A stretch of DNA of 64,000 bases from a phage, in NCBI GenBank assembly GCA_012813795.1, contig GCA_012813795.1_4087.1. One strand, given 5' to 3'. Shown one piece after another: positions 10,206 through 20,911 of this stretch; positions within the stretch are counted from its first letter, which is position 1, and each line of letters starts with the position of its first letter. The position numbers and the translations under genes were made by a program. The notes beneath the pieces were generated by a model that had not been told where the DNA came from, ran no database searches, and was given only the letters and a program-made list of their open reading frames with translations.

Positions 10206-10780
10206 GAGAACTCCCCAGTATTGTTGATAAGACTGTCCAGACCTTCATGAATTCTTTTAAATTCACTACGTTTAAAACGATGAACAATTTGTTGCAATGG
10301 ACAGTATTTGTCTTTCTTATCCAGTTCATGATTGACGATTGTACTGAAAAGTAATAAATCCAATTCGTTAGTACTGTACATAGTACTTAACTGGAATAGT
10401 TCTTCTTCTATAGTACTACTGTTAAGATTAATCTTTGGAATTTTTTTACCTGAAATAACAATCCCTGCAAATTCACTTGTCCCTGGAACTTCAGCATTTC
10501 CTCCAATAATATAATCGTAGTTAATGTACCCATCGTTATTGGTTAAATCTTCTTTATTGTACTTAATTATCAGAAAGACACGTAGATCATTCATCGAAAC
10601 TACTGCATGATCATACATACCTTCCTGGTCTTTAGTAATCGCCAAACGCATATATGGGAGATTAAATGTCTTTCTTGTTTTACATAAATCACTATTAAGA
10701 ATAGCATTCACTTTCAAAACCATCTTAGTGTAATATTGATACTCTTCGGACATGTAATTATAAAGATTTGAGAAATGCAT
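10202..10780 (-). CDS. FamA paralog
   Basis: 192 aa; motif EEELFQLSTMYS. Confidence 0.65.
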   Translation of the reverse strand: MHFSNLYNYMSEEYQYYTKMVLKVNAILNSDLCKTRKTFNLPYMRLAITKDQEGMYDHAVVSMNDLRVFLIIKYNKEDLTNNDGYINYDYIIGGNAEVPGTSEFAGIVISGKKIPKINLNSSTIEEELFQLSTMYSTNELDLLLFSTIVNHELDKKDKYCPLQQIVHRFKRSEFKRIHEGLDSLINNTGEFS

Positions 10781-11330
10781 TTAATTCCTCCAGTAATTCT
10801 TCTTGTGTTTCAGTACTTTCATTGTATAAATTATTGAAAGCGGAACACTCCCCACTACCAAGTTGCATTGATAGTTGATATACAAAATCAGCTTTAGCTA
10901 TCATATCATAACCTGGGAGCAACGACAACTGGAAAAGATATGCTTCTCGCTCTTCTGGATTTTGTAGCTCAGGTGCAATATGAAGATATTCTTCATCATC
11001 ATAATAATCATCGTACAAATTTCTGACGATTAATTCGTTAGTTTCTTTGAGTTTATTCACAGTAAGACTACAATCAGAAACTGAACCCAGAAATTTACTC
11101 TCTCTGCCTGATGCCACATAAGAAGCATCAACTGACCATATATTTTTGGTTTTATGTTGAATGCAGTGTTGTATTTGGATATTAGCATAACGATACAAAG
11201 TACTGCAATCAAAAACTAATCGGTACATTGGATTGTTGAAGTAATGAAAAATATTCTCAGTTCTTTTTTGTTCATCTAACTTATGAGTAAGTTCTTCTAG
11301 TACTTTAAAAATATCAATTAGTGTTTTCAT
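10758..11330 (-). CDS. FamA paralog
   Basis: 190 aa; motif EAYLFQLSLLPG. Confidence 0.65.
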   Translation of the reverse strand: MKTLIDIFKVLEELTHKLDEQKRTENIFHYFNNPMYRLVFDCSTLYRYANIQIQHCIQHKTKNIWSVDASYVASGRESKFLGSVSDCSLTVNKLKETNELIVRNLYDDYYDDEEYLHIAPELQNPEEREAYLFQLSLLPGYDMIAKADFVYQLSMQLGSGECSAFNNLYNESTETQEELLEELNAFLKSL

Positions 11331-11868
11331 GTTCTTTTCTCGTTTGTGCGTAGTTTTTCAAGTCCTTGAGTAATACTACTAATTGATCATCAGTGAGTAA
11401 TGATGCTGTTGCACTATATGACATATAATAATTATTGAGATTGAAATCAAATTTATAGTTACGTGCTAAAGCTTCAATCGTAAGTGCATCAGTGATTAAT
11501 TTATCGTGAGTTACAGAACTCTGGAAATTTTGTTCTTCTAAATTCTCAGTACTGAACAACGCAATAGGATCATATGATGGTTCTTTGTAATCAACTGCCT
11601 CTTTCATTCGAGGATTACGTGAAATAAAAGCCCAAGTACTGTCATATGAAAAATCAACAACACAGTCTTCCTCATCACCTTCATGTGGATAAATGCACAG
11701 AAAAGTTTTATTTTCTTCTGTGAACATCTGCTGCGTTGCAATACCCTCTCCTGTGTATTCAATTTCATAATCGAAACCGATTCTTAATTTACGTCCCTGT
11801 GAATTACACGTTTCAAGAAGTTTTCCCAGTTCGTTGTAAATTTGTAAGATTAATAGGTAATTGTTCAT
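11314..11868 (-). CDS. FamA paralog
   Basis: Track ORF 11314..11925 trimmed to internal ATG at 11868 (MNNYLLIL...), preceded by GAGGA SD; the discarded N-terminus translates the terminator hairpin; motif EEQNFQSSVTHD. Confidence 0.6.
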   Translation of the reverse strand: MNNYLLILQIYNELGKLLETCNSQGRKLRIGFDYEIEYTGEGIATQQMFTEENKTFLCIYPHEGDEEDCVVDFSYDSTWAFISRNPRMKEAVDYKEPSYDPIALFSTENLEEQNFQSSVTHDKLITDALTIEALARNYKFDFNLNNYYMSYSATASLLTDDQLVVLLKDLKNYAQTRKEHENTN

Positions 11869-11904
11869 ATGATATCCTCGGTTAAATAATATTAAAATAA
11901 TAGC

Positions 11905-11934
11905 AAAGAAAAAAGCCAGAGTCAATACCCTGGC
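11905..11934 (-). terminator. rho-independent terminator of the chemoreceptor cassette
   Basis: GCCAGAG..CCCTGGC hairpin followed on the minus strand by UUUUUUCUUU, directly after the stop of 11942..13354. Confidence 0.6.
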
Positions 11935-11941
11935 TTTAAAA

Positions 11942-13354
11942 TTATTTCACGTTAAAAATCGAAGTGGCTTTTTGTAAAGCATGTACTTCAGACTGTTGAT
12001 TGTCTACCATCATCATTGTGTCCTTTACATGCTCCGCATTTTGCTGTACTGAACGGTCCATCATATTAACACTCTCAGTAACCTGAAGGATTGCAATACT
12101 TTGTTGTTCAGCCATTATAGCTAAATCATCAATGAACTGCAAGAGTGAATCAACATTTTTTACAATAGAATCAATATCACTTGCAGTTTCGTTGATTTGT
12201 TCTATTACTTGGTTGTTGTTTTTTACGGAGTTATCAACGATTTCTTTAATTTCTTTACTACATGCATCACATTTCATTGCTAAGTTACGAACTTCCTGTG
12301 CAACAACAGAGAATCCACGTCCATGTTCACCCGCTTTAGCAGCTTCAATACTGGCATTTAAAGAAAGAATATTAGTCTGGAAAGCAATAGTTTCTATATT
12401 TTTGAGTATAGCAACTATAGCATTAGAATCTTCTTTAATTCTATCCATCTGCTCTTTGCAATTATTGATACTTTCAATTGCATTAGTACTGGATTCTTTT
12501 GTAGTTTTAACCATACTTTTTGCAGTATTGGAGTTATCAGATGTATTTGCAGATGTAGCACTTAATTCTTCCATAGCAGCAGCGATTTGAGTAAGTGCCT
12601 GTCCTTGTGTTTCAGTTCTGAAAGCTAAATCATTACTTTTACTTTCGAGATGATAGGAGTTGCTTTTCATTGACTGAACTGTAATTTGTACTTGTTCAAT
12701 TGCCTCACGCATAGCTGATATTGTTTTACTAAAAGTCTGTGCAAATTCGGAGTTGAAATGATTATTTTGTATTTCTAAAGTAATATTGCCGTCTTCAGAA
12801 TTCACTGATCTTGCAATTCGTTGAATTTCATCTGCTTCATTTGCATCTTTCTCCATAATGTACGCAACGTACATCAGAACTATTGCCTGAACTACTACAT
12901 ATATTGCGTGCTCTATAATGTGCCATAACGAAATATGGTGAAAAGAAAACACAAATAATATTGGAATTCCAGCACCCTGTAACAATCCAAATAATAAATG
13001 ATGTATAGCAATCAGTACTGAACCTGCTAATACACAACGCCAGTCACGCCATACAATCAATAAACTTAAAAAGATAAAAACTGTAAAGTGCCATTCCACC
13101 ATCCCTACACCAAGATGTATTAGTAACGCACTCCAGCACATCACATTTATACTTAACAACGTTCGAGTGAATGCATTACTTTCAACAAATAGTAAAGGAG
13201 TTAGCATTACTAATAATAAAACTGCACCGATTAGTGCAATAATAAAACTACCATGAACAACACCGGAAACTAAAGTAGCAGCAAATAAAGCCCCTATACA
13301 ACATAGTACTAAATTATCGGCTTTTTTGCGTATATTTTCTAAATTACTTTTCAA
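11942..13354 (-). CDS. methyl-accepting chemotaxis protein (MCP)-like polytopic membrane protein
   Basis: 470 aa; N-terminal half has several hydrophobic helices; C-terminal half carries the MCP signalling-domain signature [37 protein letters not shown] (canonical chemoreceptor hairpin-tip motif); no periplasmic sensor or HAMP domain evident. Confidence 0.8.
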   Translation of the reverse strand: MKSNLENIRKKADNLVLCCIGALFAATLVSGVVHGSFIIALIGAVLLLVMLTPLLFVESNAFTRTLLSINVMCWSALLIHLGVGMVEWHFTVFIFLSLLIVWRDWRCVLAGSVLIAIHHLLFGLLQGAGIPILFVFSFHHISLWHIIEHAIYVVVQAIVLMYVAYIMEKDANEADEIQRIARSVNSEDGNITLEIQNNHFNSEFAQTFSKTISAMREAIEQVQITVQSMKSNSYHLESKSNDLAFRTETQGQALTQIAAAMEELSATSANTSDNSNTAKSMVKTTKESSTNAIESINNCKEQMDRIKEDSNAIVAILKNIETIAFQTNILSLNASIEAAKAGEHGRGFSVVAQEVRNLAMKCDACSKEIKEIVDNSVKNNNQVIEQINETASDIDSIVKNVDSLLQFIDDLAIMAEQQSIAILQVTESVNMMDRSVQQNAEHVKDTMMMVDNQQSEVHALQKATSIFNVK

Positions 13355-13899
13355 CGTACTTCTCCATAATTTAAATTATCATCAATGTATTTTTTTAATA
13401 ACAAATGTATTTTCTCTAGTTCCTCTTGGCTTTTGGTAAGTAACTTGTCCATAATTGTAATTTCATAATGATCTTCTAATAACCTAAGTAATTTATAACC
13501 CATTTCTAGCTTATTATAAGTTAATTGATCATATGACATAGCAGCCATGAACATTTGTTCTTTGAAAGTGTTTGAATCAATTTTAGCTACAGCTAACTTC
13601 TCGTCATCTTCATAAGAATGTTTTACCAGTATCTTAGTGTAGCGTGATACATTATATAGACGAATTTCACTATCTCCGCGTAGAATTTCCATCTTGTATT
13701 CTTGTCTACGTTGTGTTGCATTAATGATCTTTACGACATAACCTAAACCACTAATGAACAATGTAATATTAGAATATACTGATGGAGATTCTTTTGGGTT
13801 GATATTTAATTCACCTAACTCAAAATTAACAGTATTATTATCAGGACTGTTTTTAAAAATATAAATCATGCATTCAATAATATTTACAATGCTATCCAT
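13351..13899 (-). CDS. hypothetical protein, first gene of the MCP cassette
   Basis: 182-aa minus ORF overlapping the MCP-like gene by 4 nt (coupled); own promoter upstream. Confidence 0.6.
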   Translation of the reverse strand: MDSIVNIIECMIYIFKNSPDNNTVNFELGELNINPKESPSVYSNITLFISGLGYVVKIINATQRRQEYKMEILRGDSEIRLYNVSRYTKILVKHSYEDDEKLAVAKIDSNTFKEQMFMAAMSYDQLTYNKLEMGYKLLRLLEDHYEITIMDKLLTKSQEELEKIHLLLKKYIDDNLNYGEVR

Positions 13900-13930
13900 A
13901 AAATACGCTCTCTTTTAAATAGGTTACAAT

Positions 13931-13959
13931 ATTCTAACATTCTACATTACTAATGTCAA
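13931..13959 (-). promoter_or_regulatory. sigma70-like promoter of the MCP cassette
   Basis: Minus strand reads TTGACA-N17-TAGAAT. Confidence 0.55.
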
Positions 13960-13970
13960 CCTATAAACGA

Positions 13971-13994
13971 AAAAAGACCCATCAGGGTCTTTTA
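13971..13994. terminator. bidirectional rho-independent terminator
   Basis: GACCC-atca-GGGTC hairpin flanked by A5 and T4; contains the stop codon of 13982..14533. Confidence 0.55.
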
Positions 13995-14533
13995 AATGCT
14001 CGTAAGTCTCTCAGAATGTTTGGTAGAGTGCCTTGTTCCATTACGGAATTCAGTACATTAAGATCCATTGTAAGATAGAAACCATCAGGGATGTAATCAC
14101 GAACTAACTTATCCAACTCAATGATATCCATTGTTAACTGATCATATAGAGTACTGTACTGGAAAAGCACCCCATCGTCAACATTTAAATCTATTAAGTT
14201 ATCACCGTGATTGCATTGGCAAAAGTTATTAGCAAGATTTTTATGTTTAATGCTGCTTATGTACACATATGGATAACGTGTGAGTACACGATTCTGTGCC
14301 TCCGAGCATCCATCTTGTATTTCTTCTTCTGATAACTCAGGGTGCAAAAGAAACAATGAACTATCACTAATGTACAAAGTACCGATGCAACCGATTTTAT
14401 TATTACTGTGTCGAATATAACATGAACCAAGATTTGATATAGGTTTTATATCTTGTAGTACAATAGGAAAAAAGTTAATAATAACTTTAGATAGATCTTT
14501 TAGTACTGGGTTTATTGTTAATGGTAGACTCAT
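13982..14533 (-). CDS. FamA paralog
   Basis: 183 aa; motif DGVLFQYSTLYD. Confidence 0.65.
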   Translation of the reverse strand: MSLPLTINPVLKDLSKVIINFFPIVLQDIKPISNLGSCYIRHSNNKIGCIGTLYISDSSLFLLHPELSEEEIQDGCSEAQNRVLTRYPYVYISSIKHKNLANNFCQCNHGDNLIDLNVDDGVLFQYSTLYDQLTMDIIELDKLVRDYIPDGFYLTMDLNVLNSVMEQGTLPNILRDLRAFKRP

Positions 14534-15162
14534 TTCATTATCCTTGAACCGCCTATATAGGTATCGTTAAAATAATTATCATTTTCAAACGCCATGTTAT
14601 TCAAATCAGCAAGGTCATCGAAGTAACCGCCTTCAATACATATTTCTTTGAATACATCACTGTACTTGAATAAATTTACTAAACTAAAGGTAATGTCTGC
14701 TCTTTGAACTTTAGTACCTTTAAGGTGCTCATGTAGATATGGGAAAACAATAGTATATAATAAATCATTCGGTTCATATAATAAACTATATTGAAAGAAT
14801 GATTCTTCTGAATAATCCATATCATTGAGGTTCAATCTAAGTACCTCATTACGATCCAGTACTAATGTTTTATCTGACAAATCGAAGTTCAAGCAGTGCG
14901 TATAAAATGGTCCTAAGTTCCCAACTCTATTTTTATCTGAACCACTAGGACTGAAATCAAGCCATACTTCATTCAACTCACTATCATCTGATTCTATGTA
15001 CTCAAGAACATTGTTATGAAAACGCATGTCATAACATTCAAGGAACTTATCATCCTTCAGACGTGGTAATATGTCCGTTAATGCTCGTGCATACGCAATG
15101 CAGTGCTTATACTCTAGGCGATGAAACACGTACTTTGAAATTGGTTTTCTTTTTGAACTCAT
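14530..15162 (-). CDS. FamA paralog
   Basis: 210 aa; motif EESFFQYSLLYE. Confidence 0.65.
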   Translation of the reverse strand: MSSKRKPISKYVFHRLEYKHCIAYARALTDILPRLKDDKFLECYDMRFHNNVLEYIESDDSELNEVWLDFSPSGSDKNRVGNLGPFYTHCLNFDLSDKTLVLDRNEVLRLNLNDMDYSEESFFQYSLLYEPNDLLYTIVFPYLHEHLKGTKVQRADITFSLVNLFKYSDVFKEICIEGGYFDDLADLNNMAFENDNYFNDTYIGGSRIMK

Positions 15163-15166
15163 TCAA

Positions 15167-15781
15167 TTAATCCCCAATTGAACATATGTTTTCTTCAGTA
15201 ATACTTTTTAATTTAAGTAATAACCCATCCCAGTCCTGTTCTTTGAATATTTCAGGTTCTAATTTGATATACTTTGTCAATGGTAATTTAGGGGATAGAT
15301 TTTTACAAAATTTAATAGCATCAATAACACAGGCGTTGTGAATTAATGAGTACTGAAACAATGTTTCGTCGAGTACATCATCATCTGGAATATCCAGAAA
15401 TTCAGGTTCATGTGTTGTGACATAGTAATCTTCTTCTTCATCCATATCAATGTAGACTTTATTAAGATAATTAAGTCCAGATGAACTAATAAAAATACCA
15501 TCGCTTCTTGAGATACAAATATAAGAACTGGGCATATATATATCTAAATCTCTTGCACTGTTGTGGTCGGTCAATTCTGTTCTTACGCAGATGATAGCTT
15601 TACAATTTTCATCCATTAAATCAAACCATTTGTCACCACGGTCAAATTTGTATGTAGAATTTTGTTCAGTACTGGTATGAAATGAAATAACACGATTTGT
15701 TAGACGCCATGCAAATTCATGAATACGAATTAGTTCTAAACTTATCTGACTAATTTTATCTATTGTTTCGTTTGTCAGCAT
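15167..15781 (-). CDS. FamA paralog
   Basis: 204 aa; motif DETLFQYSLIHN. Confidence 0.65.
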   Translation of the reverse strand: MLTNETIDKISQISLELIRIHEFAWRLTNRVISFHTSTEQNSTYKFDRGDKWFDLMDENCKAIICVRTELTDHNSARDLDIYMPSSYICISRSDGIFISSSGLNYLNKVYIDMDEEEDYYVTTHEPEFLDIPDDDVLDETLFQYSLIHNACVIDAIKFCKNLSPKLPLTKYIKLEPEIFKEQDWDGLLLKLKSITEENICSIGD

Positions 15782-16262
15782 TTTTTAAAATCCTTACCTG
15801 TTTAATAAAGTGCTTCATTGAAGCAAATTCAAAACTAATTCTCTGAAACTCACTATATTTTTTAAAGTACGATAGAATAAACATAGCTTTAAGTTCAGAG
15901 TCATTGTAAATTAATGAATTTTGGAAATAATTTTCATCCGTTAAATCAGTAATGTACGGAAGTATATGATTAATAAATTGTGCTTTTCCTCTTTGGTGTG
16001 AAATATATTTTATATCAGAACCATCTGAACGAAATAGAATATAGTCTGTTTTACCTTTCTCAAACATAGAATGAGCCAGACGATCTTCAGCTTTAGTATG
16101 AAAATATATACAATGAGCACCATGACGTATATTAAAAGACGATTCAGTACTGTGATGGATAGCGAAATATCTATGCAAATTAACTTCATTAACGTACAAA
16201 TAAGTTATTGTATCAAGACAATCCTTTGCGAACTTTATTAGTTCTGATAGTTTCCTCGACAT
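15756..16262 (-). CDS. FamA paralog
   Basis: 168 aa; motif DENYFQNSLIYN. Confidence 0.65.
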   Translation of the reverse strand: MSRKLSELIKFAKDCLDTITYLYVNEVNLHRYFAIHHSTESSFNIRHGAHCIYFHTKAEDRLAHSMFEKGKTDYILFRSDGSDIKYISHQRGKAQFINHILPYITDLTDENYFQNSLIYNDSELKAMFILSYFKKYSEFQRISFEFASMKHFIKQVRILKNADKRNNR

Positions 16263-16271
16263 ATAGCACCT

Positions 16272-16742
16272 TTATAAATGTTCCAAAAAAGTATTAAAGA
16301 AATCCAAATCAATATAAAAGGAATTAAGTCCCTCGCTTCTTAAGTATGTCACAATCACAGATAGTAAAAGTATATTACTTGTATATAATAATGAGTTTTG
16401 AAAGTACATCTCTTCATTACATATTTCAATATGTGAAGGTAATACTTTAAAATCACTGTCATGAACACAAATTTTATCAAGGTATGAATGGTACTGAATA
16501 TAATGGTAATCAAAGCTCATGAATGATTCATCATCACACACTGATTCCCCTATGTTTAAAACTTCAGTACCAGCGTAATACCATGCATTATGAGTATTTG
16601 ATTTTTCAAACACTTTGTCAAATTTACCATTATTACCAGCATGATAAATCTTCATCAAAATCTTTGCAAAATCAATACACGCCGCATATGAATCGTATCG
16701 GATGACATGACCATCCAGTACTAACTCGTCGGATTCTATCAT
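16272..16742 (-). CDS. FamA paralog
   Basis: 156 aa; motif EEMYFQNSLLYT. Confidence 0.65.
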   Translation of the reverse strand: MIESDELVLDGHVIRYDSYAACIDFAKILMKIYHAGNNGKFDKVFEKSNTHNAWYYAGTEVLNIGESVCDDESFMSFDYHYIQYHSYLDKICVHDSDFKVLPSHIEICNEEMYFQNSLLYTSNILLLSVIVTYLRSEGLNSFYIDLDFFNTFLEHL

Positions 16743-17221
16743 AGAGAAAGTTCCTCTGCAAGTAATTCCTCAATAAGTTCAAGATGTACTAAATCCAGAT
16801 AGAAAGCACTGGCATTTACACTATTGAGATATGAATACAACATTATAGCACGAACTGTTTCTTCTGTATAGATCAAAGATAACTGAAAGTGCGTCTCTTC
16901 AGTAGGCTTATAAGAACCTATATTATCAAGTACAATTGTCTCTTCCTCCCATTGGAAGTAACATACAAGTGTATTCCCTGGGGTAAAGGTCATGTACAAA
17001 TCCATTAGATTGTATTCTGAATCATCATAAATCGTAGCGTAGATGGCCTCTCTTTTGGATTTGAATGTAGGTAGTTTTATGACAAATGAACTTTTATCAC
17101 AGCTTTTAATCTTATCGACATATGAACGCTTTTGGAACTCAGTACTTTCCATTATAAGATGAATTTTGTAAATCTTTTTTGCAAAATCAATATCTTCCTG
17201 GAATGTCATTAATCTCTCCAT
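16739..17221 (-). CDS. FamA paralog
   Basis: 160 aa; motif EETHFQLSLIYT. Confidence 0.65.
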   Translation of the reverse strand: MERLMTFQEDIDFAKKIYKIHLIMESTEFQKRSYVDKIKSCDKSSFVIKLPTFKSKREAIYATIYDDSEYNLMDLYMTFTPGNTLVCYFQWEEETIVLDNIGSYKPTEETHFQLSLIYTEETVRAIMLYSYLNSVNASAFYLDLVHLELIEELLAEELSL

Positions 17222-17640
17222 TTTTTTCCTGGGAAATGCTTATCGTAGAACTCATCATCACTAAGCATATAATCAGGAATTTCTCTTTCGATCTTTAAAA
17301 ACTCTACATTAGTTGAAAAATATTCAGGGTTAGACTTAGGCACAAAGTCCATTAAACCCTCCTGAATCTTCTTGAGAAGGTCAATATCACCACGGTAAGG
17401 ACATACTAAGCTGTACTGAAATAGCTCGTCAGGTAGCATTACAGCGAGATTCTCAATGTCATATTGTGAGTTATCTTTGTGAGAATAGATATAGAATTTA
17501 TTCTCCGGTACTGGTTGTGTTACTTTAGAATAATACAATTCGTTATTATCATCCAGCATTACACTATGAGTGCAACCATACGTTTGAAATCTTGTATTAA
17601 GTAAAGCCTTTGATTTAACTTTTATAATTTCAAAATACAT
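17209..17640 (-). CDS. FamA paralog
   Basis: 143 aa; motif DELFQYSLVCP. Confidence 0.65.
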   Translation of the reverse strand: MYFEIIKVKSKALLNTRFQTYGCTHSVMLDDNNELYYSKVTQPVPENKFYIYSHKDNSQYDIENLAVMLPDELFQYSLVCPYRGDIDLLKKIQEGLMDFVPKSNPEYFSTNVEFLKIEREIPDYMLSDDEFYDKHFPGKKWRD

Positions 17641-17978
17641 TAATCCACCTCAAGTGTATATTTGTGCATCATAAATGATTTAACCAGAAATAAATCTTTG
17701 TGTTTTAGTTTCTGAAGAGACTCCAACAAAATATTCTGTACATCTAATAATTCGTATACATCATATTCAAATGCAGTGCTCATTTGAAATAGTTCTTCTT
17801 CACTTAAATTGTAAAGAAGTTCCAAATTCGTATCTTTGTGTTTAGTAGAAATAAAAGATACAATGGATTCATCCTCTTCTACAGAGAAGATAACCCAATG
17901 TCCAGCCTTGCATTCTTTTTGGACAATGAAAATTTCATCACCATCGTGCATGTACTCAATATCAACTACTTTTCCCAT
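17640..17978 (-). CDS. FamA paralog (short)
   Basis: 112 aa; motif EEELFQMSTAFE. Confidence 0.65.
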   Translation of the reverse strand: MGKVVDIEYMHDGDEIFIVQKECKAGHWVIFSVEEDESIVSFISTKHKDTNLELLYNLSEEELFQMSTAFEYDVYELLDVQNILLESLQKLKHKDLFLVKSFMMHKYTLEVD

Positions 17979-18465
17979 TTAGATATCCCTTGCATACTTC
18001 AAAATCATTCAAATCAAAATAGAAGTCAGTTTCAATTTCATGCTTATATCGGAGAAAACTGTAGAGTGTTATGACATTCAATACCAACATATTCATAGTA
18101 GTACTTAACTGAAAGTAATCTTCTTCAGAAATTAGTTTTACATCTTCTTCATTGATACTACTCTTTTTATTACGACCCTTTTCATCACGTAAATCTACTA
18201 CAACTTCACCTTCTTTTGAGTAAGATAGGTAATTCATGCCTACACTATATTCACTATCATCAAATGATTCACAGAAGATTTCCATCATTTCGCCTGATTT
18301 CTGTGTATATGTTAAACAACTTTTCCTATCCCTGTTAAGACTCTTTTTTCGAGAATACATTGAACCAAATGCTGTAGTATTGTTCTTGAATTCATCATAG
18401 ATTTCGTAGATATCTTTTGCGTACTGTTCAATCTCATCGTAATTAAGCTTACTAATATCAGGCAT
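17962..18465 (-). CDS. FamA paralog
   Basis: 167 aa; motif EEDYFQLSTTMN. Confidence 0.65.
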   Translation of the reverse strand: MPDISKLNYDEIEQYAKDIYEIYDEFKNNTTAFGSMYSRKKSLNRDRKSCLTYTQKSGEMMEIFCESFDDSEYSVGMNYLSYSKEGEVVVDLRDEKGRNKKSSINEEDVKLISEEDYFQLSTTMNMLVLNVITLYSFLRYKHEIETDFYFDLNDFEVCKGYLNGKSS

Positions 18466-18962
18466 TACAATTCTCCTACACGATTAATATGATCCAACAT
18501 GATATCATAATCACAAAGGTCAAAGTAAAATTGGGCATCAGGTGGTAATTTTTTATGCAATTCAGATATTGCAGTTAATGCAAAAACCACATCTTCTGAA
18601 TAGATTGTGCAGTACTGAAAGTATTCACACTCATCATTGATATCAATGAGATCTATATCTTCGTACTCCAAAAATTCTTTATAAAAACGAAGTGTACCTT
18701 TCGCTTTCGCATTGAATCCAAAGAATGACGAACCAAGAATTCTTACATTATTATATGCTTCAACTTTGCTGTATAACATATGCATACGAAATGACAGGAC
18801 ACTGGATACCTGTACTGTATCGGTAAACATTTCACCACTTTTGGGGTACACATATGTAACGTCAAAATTAGTTTCAACATCTCTTAAAAAGTTATGAATG
18901 CGAATTAAATTGTCTGCAAAAGTTATAGCATTACTGTATGAGAGTTCAGGATTGAATTGCAT
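18465..18962 (-). CDS. FamA paralog
   Basis: 165 aa; motif ECEYFQYCTIYS. Confidence 0.65.
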   Translation of the reverse strand: MQFNPELSYSNAITFADNLIRIHNFLRDVETNFDVTYVYPKSGEMFTDTVQVSSVLSFRMHMLYSKVEAYNNVRILGSSFFGFNAKAKGTLRFYKEFLEYEDIDLIDINDECEYFQYCTIYSEDVVFALTAISELHKKLPPDAQFYFDLCDYDIMLDHINRVGEL

Positions 18963-19018
18963 GATATGATCCTTTTCGTATTAGATGAAAAAGATTATAT
19001 CATGCACAGAAGGAGGTG

Positions 19019-19555
19019 TCAAGAGGGATTACGAACAAAATTCCAAATTAGATCGTAAAAAGTAAGGTCAACATAAAAAGGAGGGAAGTTATTCTGTTTA
19101 AGCCAAGAGAACATGAATTGTACACCAACTATGTACGGGTCGTCAACAGTACTCATCTGAAAGAACAGTTCTTCGGTAAGTTCTTCTTCGATAAATGGAA
19201 GAACAATGTCAGTATCTACGTAAAAGAACTTTATTCTGTCATAGTAAGGTGAATAACTTAAAAAGCCACCGCTGTATTTTGGATCATATTCAGGGTCATT
19301 AAATTTGTTGATATTGAACATATCAACACTGTACCCGTCATCATCCAGACCTCTTGAACGAATACTGAAGTAATCATAACTTGAATCAATAAATCTGTCA
19401 GATTTTACCCAAATAGAAGTCTCTCTGTTATTACAAATGAACTCATGGATTTGCATAAGATCTTGAGCAGTACTGCGAGCGTGTTCAAAAGTGTCAACCT
19501 TTAAATGGTGAGTACCGTCCCAATCATCTTTCTCTATTCTGTCATAATCTAACAT
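19019..19555 (-). CDS. FamA paralog
   Basis: 178 aa; motif EELFFQMSTVDD. Confidence 0.65.
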   Translation of the reverse strand: MLDYDRIEKDDWDGTHHLKVDTFEHARSTAQDLMQIHEFICNNRETSIWVKSDRFIDSSYDYFSIRSRGLDDDGYSVDMFNINKFNDPEYDPKYSGGFLSYSPYYDRIKFFYVDTDIVLPFIEEELTEELFFQMSTVDDPYIVGVQFMFSWLKQNNFPPFYVDLTFYDLIWNFVRNPS

Positions 19556-19557
19556 AA

Positions 19558-19896
19558 TTAAACCTCTTTGTATTGGACAATAAATTCCAGTTTTCTTTGT
19601 AGTTCACATGGATAGTTATTCATTATATCTTTCATTAGTTGCTGATACTTAATTAACTTTTCAATATCTACAATTCTATTGTACTCCCATACTAATGATT
19701 CCTGAAATAACTCTTCTTCACTATAATCACTGTAATCAAAAATATGAAATACATCTCGTGCTAAATTATTAGTGATTATCTTGAACATATTCTTTTCATA
19801 TGTAAGATAATAAAAATGTTCTTTCTTGTGGTTATAACCTAACTCAATCATTACATAGTACTGATGTTTGGCTATAGTAACTTTTACTAAATCCAT
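19558..19896 (-). CDS. FamA paralog (short)
   Basis: 112 aa; motif EEELFQESLVWE. Confidence 0.65.
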   Translation of the reverse strand: MDLVKVTIAKHQYYVMIELGYNHKKEHFYYLTYEKNMFKIITNNLARDVFHIFDYSDYSEEELFQESLVWEYNRIVDIEKLIKYQQLMKDIMNNYPCELQRKLEFIVQYKEV

Positions 19897-20309
19897 CAGT
19901 ACTCAACCTCTACATGGATAGATTCAGGAAACTTAGTCATATGATCTTCTGGATAGTTCTGCATTGCTTTGATCATTTCTGCCTGTGTAGCACGGACGTA
20001 TTCAATTGGTGCTCCTGGTAAATCCCAGACTGTACTTTCCTGAAAGAATTCCTCTTCTAACAGTACTGTAAGATTTACAAAATCATTACGATAATTTTTT
20101 GAATCATCATATGTGAAGATTTTAAAAGACCCATTTTCATATAGTACAAGAACAAAATGGGAGAATTTTTGTAATGCACCACCCATTTCCACGACCGCAT
20201 GATTCAGTGTACAAATGACCTCTTTTTTCCTCATACCGAATTGGATTCTAATTTCTTTTTTCATAAAATCTCCTTCAGATGAGTACAAAATTTGTACAGT
20301 ATATTGCAA
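19896..20309 (-). CDS. FamA paralog
   Basis: 137 aa; motif EEEFFQESTVWD. Confidence 0.65.
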   Translation of the reverse strand: MQYTVQILYSSEGDFMKKEIRIQFGMRKKEVICTLNHAVVEMGGALQKFSHFVLVLYENGSFKIFTYDDSKNYRNDFVNLTVLLEEEFFQESTVWDLPGAPIEYVRATQAEMIKAMQNYPEDHMTKFPESIHVEVEY

Positions 20310-20911
20310 TCCGCAATGTACAATAACTCAAGAATTTTGGAATTCTGAAATTCCTTGCACAGAACATTAGAACTGTATGTAGCTGCTGAATCCACATCCA
20401 TAATCAAATCCTGTTGGAATGCAACATCAGTACTTGGATTGAGATCCACATCTTGTACTGCACCTTTATTATAAAATGAAGTACCTGTGCCTAAATTCTT
20501 ACCCAATCCAATAATGAAAGAAGTACTGGAATTTAATGTAAGTTGATACAGATTGCTTCTTACATCGTAGAAGAAACGATTTAAATCACGATCAATCTTG
20601 AAATCATCATTGCATTTAATCAAATCACGCTTTGACATATATGGTTTAATATACATAAAGTTCACACCATTATATGAAAGCTCAAAGTCTTTTTGTGTTT
20701 TATTAAATGATTTAACTAAATCACGAAATGTAGAAGGTGATTGACTCAGTACTGTATCGTAATAATATTCAGCAGTACTGATAAGTAGCTTAGCTTTCTC
20801 GTGAATATCAAATGTGGAAGTTTTGTTTAAATTGATCAATTCTTCTCTCCATTTCATCAATACAAGTATCAATGTCTTCATAATTTGCATATACAAATAC
20901 AGGAGCATCAT
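20261..20911 (-). CDS. FamA-like (divergent)
   Basis: 216 aa; motif DVAFQQDLIMD; overlaps upstream gene by ~100 nt, so true start is probably an internal Met (e.g. MKWREEL, ~20857). Confidence 0.5.
   Translation of the reverse strand: MMLLYLYMQIMKTLILVLMKWREELINLNKTSTFDIHEKAKLLISTAEYYYDTVLSQSPSTFRDLVKSFNKTQKDFELSYNGVNFMYIKPYMSKRDLIKCNDDFKIDRDLNRFFYDVRSNLYQLTLNSSTSFIIGLGKNLGTGTSFYNKGAVQDVDLNPSTDVAFQQDLIMDVDSAATYSSNVLCKEFQNSKILELLYIADCNILYKFCTHLKEIL

Noticed and set aside
12132-12590. Plus-strand ORF (152 aa) inside the MCP-like gene
   Set aside because: Entirely antisense to a gene with a strong domain signature; serine/leucine-rich low-complexity translation, no SD or promoter.
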